A stretch of 64,000 nt of DNA from Vulcanimicrobiota bacterium (GTDB taxonomy: Bacteria > Vulcanimicrobiota > Vulcanimicrobiia > Vulcanimicrobiales > Vulcanimicrobiaceae): positions 224,001 through 288,000 of the forward strand of contig CAWGBN010000002.1 of NCBI GenBank assembly GCA_963820825.1, in the 5' to 3' direction. The position numbers and the translations under genes were made by a program. This document shows, piece by piece, positions 1 through 10,640 of the stretch. The stretch's first letter is position 1, and the number at the start of each line of letters is the position of its first letter. The notes below the pieces were generated by a model that saw only the letters and a list, made by a program, of their open reading frames with translations, ran no database searches and was not told where the DNA came from.

Positions 1-2667
1 ACGATCACGCCGTCCTATAACGCGTACGGCGTCTCGAATCTCGCCGATCGCGAGAGCATCATCAATCTCCATATCGGCGTACCCCACCGCCACGACGCCG
101 GCCGCGACGACATTCAAGTGCTCTACAACGTCGTGGCGCTGCAGACGCAGTTCGTCAGCTCGCAGAACGATCTCGGACCGAACGTCATCACGGAACTGAG
201 CCAATACGAGACCGGCGAATCGATACCGGAGGTCTGGCCCGACTTCGTCACGTGGCCGCGCGGAACGCGCTTCGGGCAGAGCGCATCGAACCTCTCAGCG
301 GTTCCCTACTTCGCGCCGAGCTCGCCGGGGGACCGCTGCGCCAACATCGACCCGTACGGCTTCTATCCCGGAGTGCAGCTCAAAGGACAATGCGCCGCCG
401 GAACGTTCTCGGCGGTGCCGCCCGACAACCGGGATTCGTTCTGGAACAACGCCTCGATCTTCAAGCTGCAATACCAGCACAACATCGGGTCGAGCGCCTA
501 CATCCGGCTCTACGGCTACTCGTTCTACTCCGATTGGCTGCAGGCGAGCGCGCTCAGCTACGGGACGCCGTTTTATGGTTTCGGCGCACTCAGTTACGAC
601 TACGAGCTCGAGTCCCACACGCGCGGACTCTCGATGACCGCGGCCGACCAGGTCAGCCCCGAGCATCTGCTGACCTTCGATGCCAACTACGTAACCGCGA
701 CCACGAACCGCTACAACAATAACAACTTCAACAACTTTCTTTCGACCAACGCGACAAATCTCACCAATGGCAAGCAATGTTTCGCCTATTACTCCGGCAA
801 CTTCGAAGGCCAACACTACGAGCAGGGACAGCCCGCCCCGTGCAACAGCGGGCTGACGAGCGGCAGTTTTTTGACTCCCGAGCCCGGGCCGACCGTTCGC
901 GGCGCCACCTGGCAGGTGACCTATACCGGAAACTCCGGTTTCGTCAACACGGTCGAGCCGAATTTCACGGCGCTGGCACTGCAAGATCAATGGAACCCGA
1001 GCGACAAGCTCAACGTCAATATCGGTCTGCGCGAGGAAGAGTACGAATACAATCTCGCCAACACATCTGACAACGGTCAGAACTTCTGGTTCTTAGCGGG
1101 ACAGCGCGAGTTCTGTTACAACCCGCAGACGCTCGCACCGTACTTCATTCCCACCCCGCCCGCGAGCGGCCGCCCGCCGAATCCGTTCATCGGCTTCGAC
1201 TGCCCGGTCGATAAGTCGATTCCGGCGCACCCCGTGCAGACCGTGCACCCCGACGGCAAGGACGGCCACTTACTGCTCAGCAACAGCTACCCGCCGTCGG
1301 TCGCCGACTACGCCTTCACGCCGCAGTTGGGCATGACGTACACCGTCAATCCCGACACCGTCCTCCGCCTCTCGGCGGGACGGTACGCGCAAGAGCCGCA
1401 GACCTACCAAGTGCAGTACAACGCCAAAGATAATAACCTCGCCTACGATCTCTTTCAGGCCTTCTGGCAGTACGGTTACACGACGCCGCTGCACAACGCG
1501 CTGGTGCAGTACTCCGACAACTACGACTTCTCGTACGAGCGGCGCTTCAAGGGCACCGATATGTCGATCAAGGTGACGCCGTACTTGCGCTACGCGACCA
1601 ATCAAATCTACGGCGTCGGGTTACCATTCGGCCTGGCCGGGGGCTTAAACTCCGGCGTCGAACGAGTCGACGGCTTCGAGACCGAGTTTACCAAGGGGGA
1701 CTTCAGCAAGAACGGCCTCTCCTTCTTGATCTCCTACACGTACACCAACGCCGCCGAGCGTTGGAACAACTTTCCCGGGACCTCGATCAATCCGCTCGAC
1801 GCGTACAATCAGGACATCGGCAACTACAACGGACTCACCAAGGCCGGCGGCGGTTCGCAATGCTACGAAAACGACAAAGCCGGCAACGTCTATCCCGATC
1901 CATCCTGCGTGCAGCTCAATCCGAAGTACCACCCGCCGATTTGGAATCCGTACTACCGGATGGCAGCGCAGCCGCTGCTCGACCGCGACGGCTGGTATCC
2001 CGTCGGCCTCGACTACGCCTATCTCTCGCCGAACGTACTGAGCGCGATCGTCAACTACAAGCACAACCGGCTCACGATCACGCCGGCGTTGACGTTCAAC
2101 GAGGGCTCGCTCTACGGCAACCCAGCGGACATTTACGGCAACGATCCGCGCGTCTGCGCGGGCAACTCCGCCGGCTTCACCAACTCGCCTATCCACACCA
2201 AGAATCCATTGCAGGCCGACTATACGACCTGCTTCTCGGCGGCGACGCAGAGCGGCTCGTCGCCCGGCTCGCTCTTTATTCCAAACCCGACCACGGGCAC
2301 GTTCGACGGATTCGGATCCTTCCGGCAGCCGAATCAGCTCAATCTCAGCCTGCAGCTCGGCTATCAGCTCACGCCGCGCGTCAGGGTGAGTGCGTTGCTG
2401 GCCAATCTCGTCAACGCCTGTTTCGGCGGCTCGTCGGAACCGTGGACGAAGCAGTTCCCGCCCAATGGCTACACCTGCGGCTATCAAGCGAACTACTACT
2501 ACGTCTCGAACTTCTACAACGGAACCTCGCCGAACGACCGCGGAGCGAACGGCGTTCCGCTCAACCCGGCATTCAAGCAACCCTTCATTCCCGCGTATGC
2601 CGACACGAATGGATTCGTCTTACCGAACCCGTTCAATATGTATCTGCAGTTCCAGATCGGCCTATAA
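1..2667 (+). CDS. TonB-dependent-receptor-like outer-membrane beta-barrel protein (5' end outside window)
   Basis: Frame open from base 1. Aromatic/Asn-rich beta-strand pattern, TBDR-like segments (LQDQWNPSDKLNVNIGLR; PQLGMTYTVNPDTVLRLSAGRY), C-terminal strand MYLQFQIGL, many Cys in loops. Confidence 0.75.
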   Translation, partial: TITPSYNAYGVSNLADRESIINLHIGVPHRHDAGRDDIQVLYNVVALQTQFVSSQNDLGPNVITELSQYETGESIPEVWPDFVTWPRGTRFGQSASNLSAVPYFAPSSPGDRCANIDPYGFYPGVQLKGQCAAGTFSAVPPDNRDSFWNNASIFKLQYQHNIGSSAYIRLYGYSFYSDWLQASALSYGTPFYGFGALSYDYELESHTRGLSMTAADQVSPEHLLTFDANYVTATTNRYNNNNFNNFLSTNATNLTNGKQCFAYYSGNFEGQHYEQGQPAPCNSGLTSGSFLTPEPGPTVRGATWQVTYTGNSGFVNTVEPNFTALALQDQWNPSDKLNVNIGLREEEYEYNLANTSDNGQNFWFLAGQREFCYNPQTLAPYFIPTPPASGRPPNPFIGFDCPVDKSIPAHPVQTVHPDGKDGHLLLSNSYPPSVADYAFTPQLGMTYTVNPDTVLRLSAGRYAQEPQTYQVQYNAKDNNLAYDLFQAFWQYGYTTPLHNALVQYSDNYDFSYERRFKGTDMSIKVTPYLRYATNQIYGVGLPFGLAGGLNSGVERVDGFETEFTKGDFSKNGLSFLISYTYTNAAERWNNFPGTSINPLDAYNQDIGNYNGLTKAGGGSQCYENDKAGNVYPDPSCVQLNPKYHPPIWNPYYRMAAQPLLDRDGWYPVGLDYAYLSPNVLSAIVNYKHNRLTITPALTFNEGSLYGNPADIYGNDPRVCAGNSAGFTNSPIHTKNPLQADYTTCFSAATQSGSSPGSLFIPNPTTGTFDGFGSFRQPNQLNLSLQLGYQLTPRVRVSALLANLVNACFGGSSEPWTKQFPPNGYTCGYQANYYYVSNFYNGTSPNDRGANGVPLNPAFKQPFIPAYADTNGFVLPNPFNMYLQFQIGL

Positions 2668-4182
2668 GGCGCGGCCGATCGCGGTTTCGGCGGCGCGCGC
2701 GAGCCGGTGCGAACCGATGAGCTCGCGCGCGGCGGCAATGTCGGGCGCCGGTGGCCGGTCCTCGAGCCAGACCGGAATAGACTCGCGCGCCGTCCCGTGC
2801 GCCGCCTGCGTTCCTCGACCGGAGCGCAGCGGGCGGCGCAGATCGGTTGCGGCGAGCGCACCGACCAGCTCGCAGGCGAGCGCGCCTTCGACGTTGTCGA
2901 GCACGCGCGGGAGGTTGTTCGCCGAGGTCATCCCCATGCTGACGTGATCCTCTTGACCGGCAGAGGTCGGAATCGAATCGACGCTCGAGGGCCAGGCCAG
3001 GCCTTTGTTGTCGTTGACGAGCGCGGCCGCGGTGTACTGCACGATCATGAGCCCCGATTCGAGGCCGAGTCGCCGCGCGAGGAAGAGCGGTAAGCCGCGG
3101 TCCTCGGCGTTGAGCAAGAGATAGAGCCGCCGTTCGGCGATCGAGGCGAGTTCGGCGACGGCAATCTTCAAGATATCGATGGCCAGTGCGATCGGCTCTC
3201 CGTGAAAGTTGCCGCCGGAGAGAAAATCGCCGTCCTCGGGAAAGACGAGCGGGTTGTCGGTAACCGAGTTTGCCTCGATCTCGGTGACCCGGCGCACGTG
3301 CGCCAGCGTGTCGCGGACCGCGCCGTGCACGACCGGAATGCAGCGGAACGAGTACGGATCCTGAACGCGCCCGCACTCGGCGTGCGACTGCACGATCTCC
3401 GATCCGGAGAGCAGCGCTCGCAGATTCGCGGCGACGCGCTCTTGGCCCGGGTGCGGGCGCAGATCGTTCAGCCGCCGGTCGAAGACGTGCTCGGTACCGA
3501 GATAGGCCTCGAGCGACATCGCTCCGATCACGTCTGCGGCGGCGGCGAGCCGTTCGGCGCGCAGCAGCCCGAGCGCTGCGATCCCGGTCATGACCTGCGT
3601 GCCGTTGACCAGCGCGAGACCCTCCTTTGCGCCGAGCGATATCGGCTTGAGGCCGGCGCGGCCGAGCGCGAGGGCGCTGGGAAGACGCTCGCCGCGATAG
3701 AAGGCCTCGCCTTCGCCGATCAGCGTCAGCGTCATGTGCGCGAGCGGTGCGAGATCGCCGCTCGCGCCGACCGAGCCTTGGCTCGGAACGACCGGCGTGA
3801 CGCCGCGATCGAGCATCGCGACGATGAGATCGAGCGTCTCCGGCTTGACGCCGGAGTGTCCGGCCGAGAGCGAGTTGGCGCGCAGCACGCTCGCCGCGCG
3901 AACGAACGGAATCTCGAGCGGCGCGCCAGTCCCGGCGGCGTGGCTGCGCACCAAGTTGAGCTGCAGCACAACGGCATCGGCCGGATCGACCGGGATGTTG
4001 GCGAGCCGGCCGAAGCCGGTCGTGACGCCGTAGATCGGCTCGCCTTGCGCGAAACGGTTCTCGACGAACTCTCGCGCTAGTGCGACGCGTTCGCGTGCCG
4101 CGGGAGCGATCCGAACCGGGGCGCCGCCGGCGACGGCCTCAATAGACTCGAGCGTCAGATGGCGCCCGTCGAGCTCGATCAA
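2662..4182 (-). CDS. hutH: Histidine ammonia-lyase
   Basis: YGVTTGFG, MIO-forming GSVGASGDLAPL, QDPYSFRC, SGGNFHG, QEDHVSMG. Probable TTG start overlaps the upstream gene's stop. Confidence 0.93.
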   Translation of the reverse strand: MIELDGRHLTLESIEAVAGGAPVRIAPAARERVALAREFVENRFAQGEPIYGVTTGFGRLANIPVDPADAVVLQLNLVRSHAAGTGAPLEIPFVRAASVLRANSLSAGHSGVKPETLDLIVAMLDRGVTPVVPSQGSVGASGDLAPLAHMTLTLIGEGEAFYRGERLPSALALGRAGLKPISLGAKEGLALVNGTQVMTGIAALGLLRAERLAAAADVIGAMSLEAYLGTEHVFDRRLNDLRPHPGQERVAANLRALLSGSEIVQSHAECGRVQDPYSFRCIPVVHGAVRDTLAHVRRVTEIEANSVTDNPLVFPEDGDFLSGGNFHGEPIALAIDILKIAVAELASIAERRLYLLLNAEDRGLPLFLARRLGLESGLMIVQYTAAALVNDNKGLAWPSSVDSIPTSAGQEDHVSMGMTSANNLPRVLDNVEGALACELVGALAATDLRRPLRSGRGTQAAHGTARESIPVWLEDRPPAPDIAAARELIGSHRLARAAETAIGRAL

Positions 4183-4652
4183 AATTTCGACCAATCGACG
4201 GATGCCGGCTTGGCGAAGGGTGCCCCGCTCTGAATTACGATCGTTTCGCGATCGCGCAAGCGAATCGCGCGCGGATCTTTGCCGTGCCACGGCACGCCGT
4301 TAACCCAGATCGAGAGCCGGCCGCCGTGCGGTGCGCTTACGCCGGCGGCACGCGTCCAGCTCAAGTCGGGTCCCCAAATATCGAAGAACTCGCCGAGATC
4401 GAAGTTGCGCTTCACCGGCGACTCGATGTGAATGATTCCATCGGCCGCGTGCGTGTGCACCCAATAGAGACACGCCGATCCCTGCGGGATGCCGACGTTT
4501 GCCGGCAGGGTCACGGCGCGACCCCGCTCGTAGAGCTGCAGGTCGGTATGCACGTGCTCAACCGCGCCCTCGGTCCGATCGCAGCTTATGCCGTCGATCG
4601 CCAGCGTTCCAAAGAAGCTCTGCGCAACGAGCGTTACCGTCAAGAGAAGCAT
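4179..4652 (-). CDS. Conserved hypothetical exported protein with His-rich motifs
   Basis: Hydrophobic N-terminus. HVH and CLYWVHTHAADGIIHIES motifs suggest metal binding. Stop is coupled to hutH. Confidence 0.7.
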   Translation of the reverse strand: MLLLTVTLVAQSFFGTLAIDGISCDRTEGAVEHVHTDLQLYERGRAVTLPANVGIPQGSACLYWVHTHAADGIIHIESPVKRNFDLGEFFDIWGPDLSWTRAAGVSAPHGGRLSIWVNGVPWHGKDPRAIRLRDRETIVIQSGAPFAKPASVDWSKF

Positions 4653-4767
4653 CGCCGCTGGACTTCGCTCCCCCGCGCGGTGCTACCCGCGCAGCGTGAA
4701 GGCTCCCGTACCGTGTGCATAACGAAAAATAATTGTGGACAGCTTGTGAATTGCGCGACGAGATGCT

Positions 4768-4796
4768 TGTCGTTGCATCTTTTCGCGTGATACGAT
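4768..4796 (+). promoter_or_regulatory. Sigma70-type promoter (extended -10) with no downstream CDS
   Basis: TTGTCG (4768-4773), 17 nt, TACGAT (4791-4796), with TG at 4788-4789. Confidence 0.5.
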
Positions 4797-4799
4797 GCA

Positions 4800-5006
4800 C
4801 GAGCTTCGAATCTTTCGAAGTGCGACGAACGTATCGTTCGCGACCAACGCAAATCGAAGACGTTGCATTTATTGCAGCCCTCCGAGGCAGCGGTCAAACC
4901 GCCAGGCCGGCGTCAGTGGGGTCTCCGCAAGGAAGCCAAACAGGCGAGGTGGGTGAGTGAATACGTCGGAGCCCGTTTCAGCTCACGCTGCGGCGGGTTT
5001 CGTTAT
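4800..5006 (+). ncRNA. Candidate structured small RNA of unknown family
   Basis: Promoter upstream, consecutive hairpins, terminator-like 3' end, and no credible ORF. Confidence 0.45.
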
Positions 5007-5051
5007 TCTGCACGGTCGGCTTGCCTACGTGGTGGTGCGGGTCGCTGGGGC

Positions 5052-6035
5052 TTAGCGATACTTGGTGGAAATTTCCGCGGAGAGTTCCGCGATGCGCGCG
5101 CGGGCGGCTGGCGGGGCGAGTATCTCTGCTTGCGTGCCCCAGCCGAGCACCCAGCGGACGAGTTCGTCGACGTCGGCCACGCGGTAGCCGATCTCGACCG
5201 ATCCGTCCTTGCCGTGCTCTAACTCACGCTCCGCGACGATTCGCGCCGCGACCGCCGCCTTTGCAACCCGTGGAGCAAAGCGTACGCGCACCTCGGTCGT
5301 TTCGTCGGCGTGCAAGACCCCGCTGATCGAGGCCGCGGCGTACTCCTCGACGTTGAAGCCGTTCGGACGAACGAAGGTTTGCGCCAGCAGATGCGGATCG
5401 CCGACGCTATCGACGGCGAAGGTGCGCATATCCCGGCGGGTGTGGTCGTAGGCGACGCAGTAGACGCGGCCGGCATTGAGAATGAAGCCGTATGGATCGA
5501 CGGTCCGCGCGGTCGACTTCCCTTCTTTGTCGAGATAGGTAAACCGGGCGCTTCGCGAGTTTCGCTCGGCCGAGGAGAGCAGCGCGAAGGCGCGCTCCCC
5601 GCGCTCGTCGAGGCGGATCTCGGAGAATCGGAACGCGATCGGCGAAGCCGCTTCGACGCGCGCACGGGCGGCGCGCCCGGCGCTCCCGACGAGCTTCTCG
5701 GCGACTTCGTCGATCGACGCGCCGATCGTTCCCCCGATGCTCGCGCCGAGCGACCGCAAAGCGACGAGTCCAAAGAGCTCGCCGCTGCTCAAGTCGAGAC
5801 GCCGCAGACTATAGCCTCCCGCAAAGCGATAGACGTTTGCCGCGCGATCGAAGTACCACGGGAATCCGGCCTCGCTGAGGACCGAGAGGTAGCGCCGCAG
5901 CGTGCGCGTGCTCGGGCGCTTGCCGCCCTCGGCGATGCGATCTTTGAGATCCTCGAAGGAGTGCTGCCCCTGATCGATCGCGTTGAGCAGTCGCACGAGG
6001 AGCACGACCTTCGACTCCCCTTCCGCGAGGCTCAT
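5052..6035 (-). CDS. WYL-domain transcriptional regulator (HTH-WYL-WCX, PafB/C-like)
   Basis: N-terminal HTH (STRTLRRYLSVLSEAGFP), WYL core (RTVDPYG...YCVAYDHTRRDMRTF), WCX (ELVRWVLGWGTQAEILAP). ATG overlaps the upstream TGA. Confidence 0.9.
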   Translation of the reverse strand: MSLAEGESKVVLLVRLLNAIDQGQHSFEDLKDRIAEGGKRPSTRTLRRYLSVLSEAGFPWYFDRAANVYRFAGGYSLRRLDLSSGELFGLVALRSLGASIGGTIGASIDEVAEKLVGSAGRAARARVEAASPIAFRFSEIRLDERGERAFALLSSAERNSRSARFTYLDKEGKSTARTVDPYGFILNAGRVYCVAYDHTRRDMRTFAVDSVGDPHLLAQTFVRPNGFNVEEYAAASISGVLHADETTEVRVRFAPRVAKAAVAARIVAERELEHGKDGSVEIGYRVADVDELVRWVLGWGTQAEILAPPAARARIAELSAEISTKYR

Positions 6036-7579
6036 CGCGACGACGAAGCGTCCGGCTTCGGGAAGCAGCCGTCGGGCGCGGTGATCGGCGGAGCATTCGG
6101 TTGCGGCGGTGTCGCGGTCAAGCCGATCTGCACCGGATAGAACGAACCTCCGTCGGTCATCGTCTGCACGAGGACGTGCGACGTCTGCCCCGCGGCGAGA
6201 TCGAACGACGTCACCTGATAGGGCGCGGGCACCCGCACGCATCCGATGTCGAAGAGGCTTCCGTCGATGAGAAAGCTCCCGCGCGCCGGTCCGGCGAGCG
6301 GTTTGAGATAGAGATAGGCCGTCGACGGCACCGATCCGGGATTCTTCATCGTCAGCTCGATCGTGTGGACGACGCCATAATCCCCGTAGTCGTGTCCGGA
6401 GGCCGCCGGATCGAGGCTCGGCGGCGTCGGCTCGGTATCGCCGACCACGAGCGTCGCATCGGGGCCGCCCGCGTCAAAACTCAGCGCATCGCTTCCGAAA
6501 CCTGCGATCTTGAAGACGCCGGTTCGATGGTGGCCGTCGCCCGGCAGCACCGGACCGCCCAGGAGCATACGCGGATCGACGCCCGGTGAGACGGCGAGGA
6601 CGGTGACGACCACGGGGCCGCCGGAGAGCACGCGCAGGTCGACGGCGCCGGTGACGAGCTGTCGCGCCGTCATCGGGATGTTGGTAACCACGTAGGGGTC
6701 GTCCGACGAGAGCGCTACGACTACGCCCTCGCCGCGCGCCTTAGTCAAGAGAAAGTTCTTCGTCAGCGTCTGGCCGACGTGCATGACGTCCATGTTCGGG
6801 CCGGCTGTAGCGTTCACGAGTTGAACGGTGGTGGGATCTTGGGAATCGCTCCCGAGCGCGACGACGAGCGCACGAGCGTCGCCCGGATCGGAGACGGCGT
6901 CGTGGTAGTAGAAGAGTCTTGCCGGCTCCTGCGCCGAGACCGTGCCGCGGAAGAGCACGCCGTCTTGGCCGACGTGTTCGGGGTCGTCGTCGTAGAAGAG
7001 CACCGCCGGAGCGAAGCCTAGCAACGCGACGTCCTGGACGTTGACCGTCGTCGTTCCCGATTGATCGAAGTATTGGCCGTTGCCGGCGATCTGCACCGGA
7101 ACGTTGAGCTGCGTGCTCGCCCCCGGCTGCAGCGCCGCCGCCGGCTCGCTGACCGGGCCAATCGTCGTTTGAGCGCCGGGCAACGCCTTGGTCAGGCGCG
7201 CCACGGATGTTTGGACCTGCGCGGCCAACCACTGTGGGTCGGCGGGATCGCCGGTAACCGTGAGACTGGTCTGCGCCACGATCGTCCCGGCGTTGAAGGC
7301 GACGCGGATCGGAAGATCGGCGCGCGCGCCGTTGGCGTCGACGAGGTGAAGGACGTCGTTCCCGGTCGCCTGGGTTGCCGTTACCGTTACCGTCGTTCCA
7401 TCGGCGCTCACGCCCGCCGTGACGAGCCGTTGGTCGAGCGTCGCTTGCACCGGCGGCGCGGCTCCAGTCACGGTTATAACCTGCTGTTGTGCCGGATTCA
7501 GCGCGACGTTGGTTGCAGAAAGAACCAGCGAAGCAGGAGCTGCTTGAGCCAGAGCTACGCCGAAAACCAGGCCGATCAC
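6032..7579 (-). CDS. Hypothetical secreted protein
   Basis: 515 aa, signal-like N-terminus, beta-rich, motifs LFYDDDPEHV and GDYGV, genome-typical codon use. Confidence 0.75.
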   Translation of the reverse strand: MIGLVFGVALAQAAPASLVLSATNVALNPAQQQVITVTGAAPPVQATLDQRLVTAGVSADGTTVTVTATQATGNDVLHLVDANGARADLPIRVAFNAGTIVAQTSLTVTGDPADPQWLAAQVQTSVARLTKALPGAQTTIGPVSEPAAALQPGASTQLNVPVQIAGNGQYFDQSGTTTVNVQDVALLGFAPAVLFYDDDPEHVGQDGVLFRGTVSAQEPARLFYYHDAVSDPGDARALVVALGSDSQDPTTVQLVNATAGPNMDVMHVGQTLTKNFLLTKARGEGVVVALSSDDPYVVTNIPMTARQLVTGAVDLRVLSGGPVVVTVLAVSPGVDPRMLLGGPVLPGDGHHRTGVFKIAGFGSDALSFDAGGPDATLVVGDTEPTPPSLDPAASGHDYGDYGVVHTIELTMKNPGSVPSTAYLYLKPLAGPARGSFLIDGSLFDIGCVRVPAPYQVTSFDLAAGQTSHVLVQTMTDGGSFYPVQIGLTATPPQPNAPPITAPDGCFPKPDASSSR

Positions 7580-7966
7580 TCACCTAAACTCCAGGACGTC
7601 AACTCGGGATACCATGTCGCTCAGGTGGAGCATGACTGGGATTTCTTGGGCCGCTTGGCCTGCTAACATTGGATTTAGCCATCGTGTAGCGGCCCTCCAG
7701 GTACCTTTCGAACGGAGAGCGAGGCATTGCAGTGCCGGGCCGCCTGGGGTGCGGACGGTTTAGGCGTCTGATTCCAACTTGTCCAAGTCGATTGTCCAAG
7801 TGTCCGTTACGCGGAGCGCCTCACAGCCACATTATAGAGGATACGACCGGGAAACGGCCGTCTTCATCGGCGCATTGGGCCGCGCAACGAATTTGCGCCC
7901 CGAACCGGACGGTGACGTTCAATCTCGACTGACCACTCACTCGGCTGATCCGAGCGTCGTGCTGCG

Positions 7967-10465
7967 CTAGGTTACGAGGTGCTCGGGCGCCGGCGGCGCG
8001 GGCGGTTCGACCGACGGGATCTTGGCATACTTGAGTTTCTCGGGATCGTCGGGATCGACGTCGGCCAAAATGTGGTCGCCCGGTATGAAGGTTCCCTTGA
8101 GCATCTCTTCGGCGATTTCGTCTTCGACGTTGCGTTGGATCGCACGACGCAGCGGCCGCGCGCCAAACTGCGGGTCCCATCCCTTCTTGGCAAGCAACGC
8201 TTTCGCGGCCTCGGTGACCTTGAGCTCCATCTCCTGCGCGCGGACCTCGCGAATGACCTTGGCGAGCTCGAGCGTTACGATCTGCTCGATTTGCTCGCGC
8301 GTAAGCTGATGGAAGACGATCACTTCGTCGACGCGGTTGAGGAACTCGGGCCGGAAGGTCTGCTTGACCTCTTCCATGACGCGATTCTTCATCCGGTCGT
8401 AAGCCTTCACTTCGTCTTCGGCCGAGAGCTTTTGCGGACGGAAGCCGATGTCGGTCGTCGTCGTCATGCCGATTGCACCGACGTTGCTCGTCATGATGAT
8501 GACGGTGTTCTTGAAATCGACTTGGCGGCCCTGAGAGTCGGTCAGCCGCCCGTCTTCCAGGACTTGGAGCAGCAGGTTGAAGACGTCGGGGTGCGCCTTT
8601 TCGATCTCGTCGAGTAAGACGACCGAGTAGGGCCGGCGCCGCACCGCTTCGGTGAGCTGGCCGCCCTCTTCGTAGCCGACATATCCCGGCGGCGCGCCGA
8701 CGAGGCGGCTCACCGAATACTTCTCCATGTACTCCGACATGTCGATGCGGATCATCGACTCTTCGTCGTCGAAGAGGAAGGCGGCGACGCTGCGCGCGAC
8801 TTCGGTCTTGCCGACGCCGGTCGGGCCCAGGAAGATGAACGAACCGATCGGGCGACTGGGGTTCTTCAACCCCGCGCGCGAGCGGCGGATGGCCCGGGTC
8901 ATTACCTGAATCGCCTCTTCTTGACCGACGACTCGCTCGTGAAGCAGCTCGCCCATTTTGAGCAGCTTCTCGGTCTCGGCTTGCGCGAGGCGGCTGACCG
9001 GAATTCGCGTCCACGAGGCGACGATCTCGGCAACGTTCTCGGACGTGACCGTCAGTTTACGGTCGGAGGCCGCCTTTTGGTCGCGCCATTCCTGTTCGAG
9101 ATGCGCCTTTTCGAGACGCAGCTTCTCCTCGCGATCGCGAATCGATGCGGCCTTGTCGAACTCCTGATTTTTGACGACGGCCTCTTTTTCGGCGATCAGC
9201 TTGCGCAGCTGCGCGTCGGCTTCGCGAATCGCCGGCGGCGGAAGGGTTGCCTGCAGGCGAACCCGCGAGCTCGCTTCGTCGATCAAATCGACGGCCTTAT
9301 CGGGCAGGAAGCGATCGGTAATATACCGGTCGCCGAGCTTCGCCGCCGTCGCGAGCGCTTCGTCGGTGATTTGCACCTTGTGATGCGCCTCGTAGCGGTC
9401 GCGCAGGCCCTTGAGAATCTCGATGGTCTCTTCAACCGTGGGCTCGCCGACCATAACCGGCTGGAAGCGCCGCTCGAGCGCCGAGTCCTTTTCGATATGC
9501 TTGCGGAATTCGTTGAGCGTCGTCGCCCCAATGCACTGCAGCTCGCCGCGCGCGAGCGCAGGCTTGATGATGTTGCTGGCGTCGATGGCACCTTCGGCGG
9601 CACCCGCTCCGACCAGGGTGTGCAGCTCGTCGATAAAGAGAATGATCTCGCCCGAGGCGCCGCGGATCTCGTCCATGACGCGCTTCATACGCTCCTCAAA
9701 CTCGCCGCGGTACTTCGTACCGGCGACGAGGCCGGCAAGATCGAGGGTGATCACGCGCCGGTCGCGCAGCGGTTCGGGAATGTCGCCCTTGATGACGCGT
9801 TGGGCGAGTCCCTCGGCGATCGCCGTCTTCCCGACTCCGGGCTCGCCGATGAGCGCCGGGTTGTTCTTCGTCCGACGCGAGAGAATTTGAATGACGCGCT
9901 CGATCTCGTTGTTGCGCCCGATCACCGGATCGAGTTTGTTGTCGCGCGCCAGTTGGGTGAGGTCTCGCCCGTAGGCATCGAGGGTCGGGGTCTTACTCTT
10001 GCCCTTCGGCGCCGCGGGCTGGCCTTCGGCACCGAGCAGGGAGGTCGTTTGAACGCGCACCTTTGCCGGATCGACGCCGAGATTGGTAAGCACGCGAGCG
10101 GCGACGCCCTCGCCTTCACGAATCAAGCCGAGCAGCAGGTGCTCGGTACCGATGTAGTTGTGATTGAGCTGGCGCGCCTCTTCAAAAGCGAGCTCGATCA
10201 CCCGCTTCGCTCGCGGGGTGAAGACCATCTCTTGCTGTACGGTCTGGCCGCCGCGCCCGACGATCGCTTCGACCTCTTGGCGGACCTTCGCAAGATTGAC
10301 GCCGAGCGACTCGAGGACTTTTGCGGCCAAGCTCTCGCCCTCGGAGATGATCCCGAGCAGAATATGCTCGGTCCCGATATAGTTATTTCCGAGGCGTTGC
10401 GCTTCTTCCTGAGCAAGCACGATGCTGCGCCGTGCTCGCTCGGTGAAGGGCTCCCACATCGACAT
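7967..10465 (-). CDS. clpC: ATP-dependent Clp protease ATP-binding subunit ClpC
   Basis: Two Clp-N repeats, Walker A motifs GEPGVGKT and [11 protein letters not shown] coiled coil, GARPLRR. Confidence 0.97.
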   Translation of the reverse strand: MSMWEPFTERARRSIVLAQEEAQRLGNNYIGTEHILLGIISEGESLAAKVLESLGVNLAKVRQEVEAIVGRGGQTVQQEMVFTPRAKRVIELAFEEARQLNHNYIGTEHLLLGLIREGEGVAARVLTNLGVDPAKVRVQTTSLLGAEGQPAAPKGKSKTPTLDAYGRDLTQLARDNKLDPVIGRNNEIERVIQILSRRTKNNPALIGEPGVGKTAIAEGLAQRVIKGDIPEPLRDRRVITLDLAGLVAGTKYRGEFEERMKRVMDEIRGASGEIILFIDELHTLVGAGAAEGAIDASNIIKPALARGELQCIGATTLNEFRKHIEKDSALERRFQPVMVGEPTVEETIEILKGLRDRYEAHHKVQITDEALATAAKLGDRYITDRFLPDKAVDLIDEASSRVRLQATLPPPAIREADAQLRKLIAEKEAVVKNQEFDKAASIRDREEKLRLEKAHLEQEWRDQKAASDRKLTVTSENVAEIVASWTRIPVSRLAQAETEKLLKMGELLHERVVGQEEAIQVMTRAIRRSRAGLKNPSRPIGSFIFLGPTGVGKTEVARSVAAFLFDDEESMIRIDMSEYMEKYSVSRLVGAPPGYVGYEEGGQLTEAVRRRPYSVVLLDEIEKAHPDVFNLLLQVLEDGRLTDSQGRQVDFKNTVIIMTSNVGAIGMTTTTDIGFRPQKLSAEDEVKAYDRMKNRVMEEVKQTFRPEFLNRVDEVIVFHQLTREQIEQIVTLELAKVIREVRAQEMELKVTEAAKALLAKKGWDPQFGARPLRRAIQRNVEDEIAEEMLKGTFIPGDHILADVDPDDPEKLKYAKIPSVEPPAPPAPEHLVT

Positions 10466-10640
10466 CGCTCTGGCTCTTCCTTTCTTCTATATAGACTCTA
10501 CCCGCCAGAGAGCAGTTTCGTGGCAGTTCGTTGGCACTGCGCCGTACGCCCGCCTGCGTTGCTCCAGGCTTGCCGCTGCGACCTCGCCGAATTCTAACTG
10601 GAGGTTTGCCGCAAACGCCGCGGAACCTCGCTAGACCCTT

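Noticed and set aside
4826..4840. LexA (Cheo) box CGAAC...GTTCG
   Set aside because: The spacer is 5 nt rather than 4, so it is better explained as an RNA hairpin.
4905..4950. SRP RNA (UCC-GCAA-GGA-AGC resembles helix 8)
   Set aside because: Lacks the conserved CAGG/AGCAG symmetric internal loop around the stem.
8921..10597. Long antisense and alternate-frame ORFs (here opposite clpC, and many others)
   Set aside because: Shadow ORFs caused by high GC3, Arg/Ala-rich and without motifs, overlapping well-supported genes.
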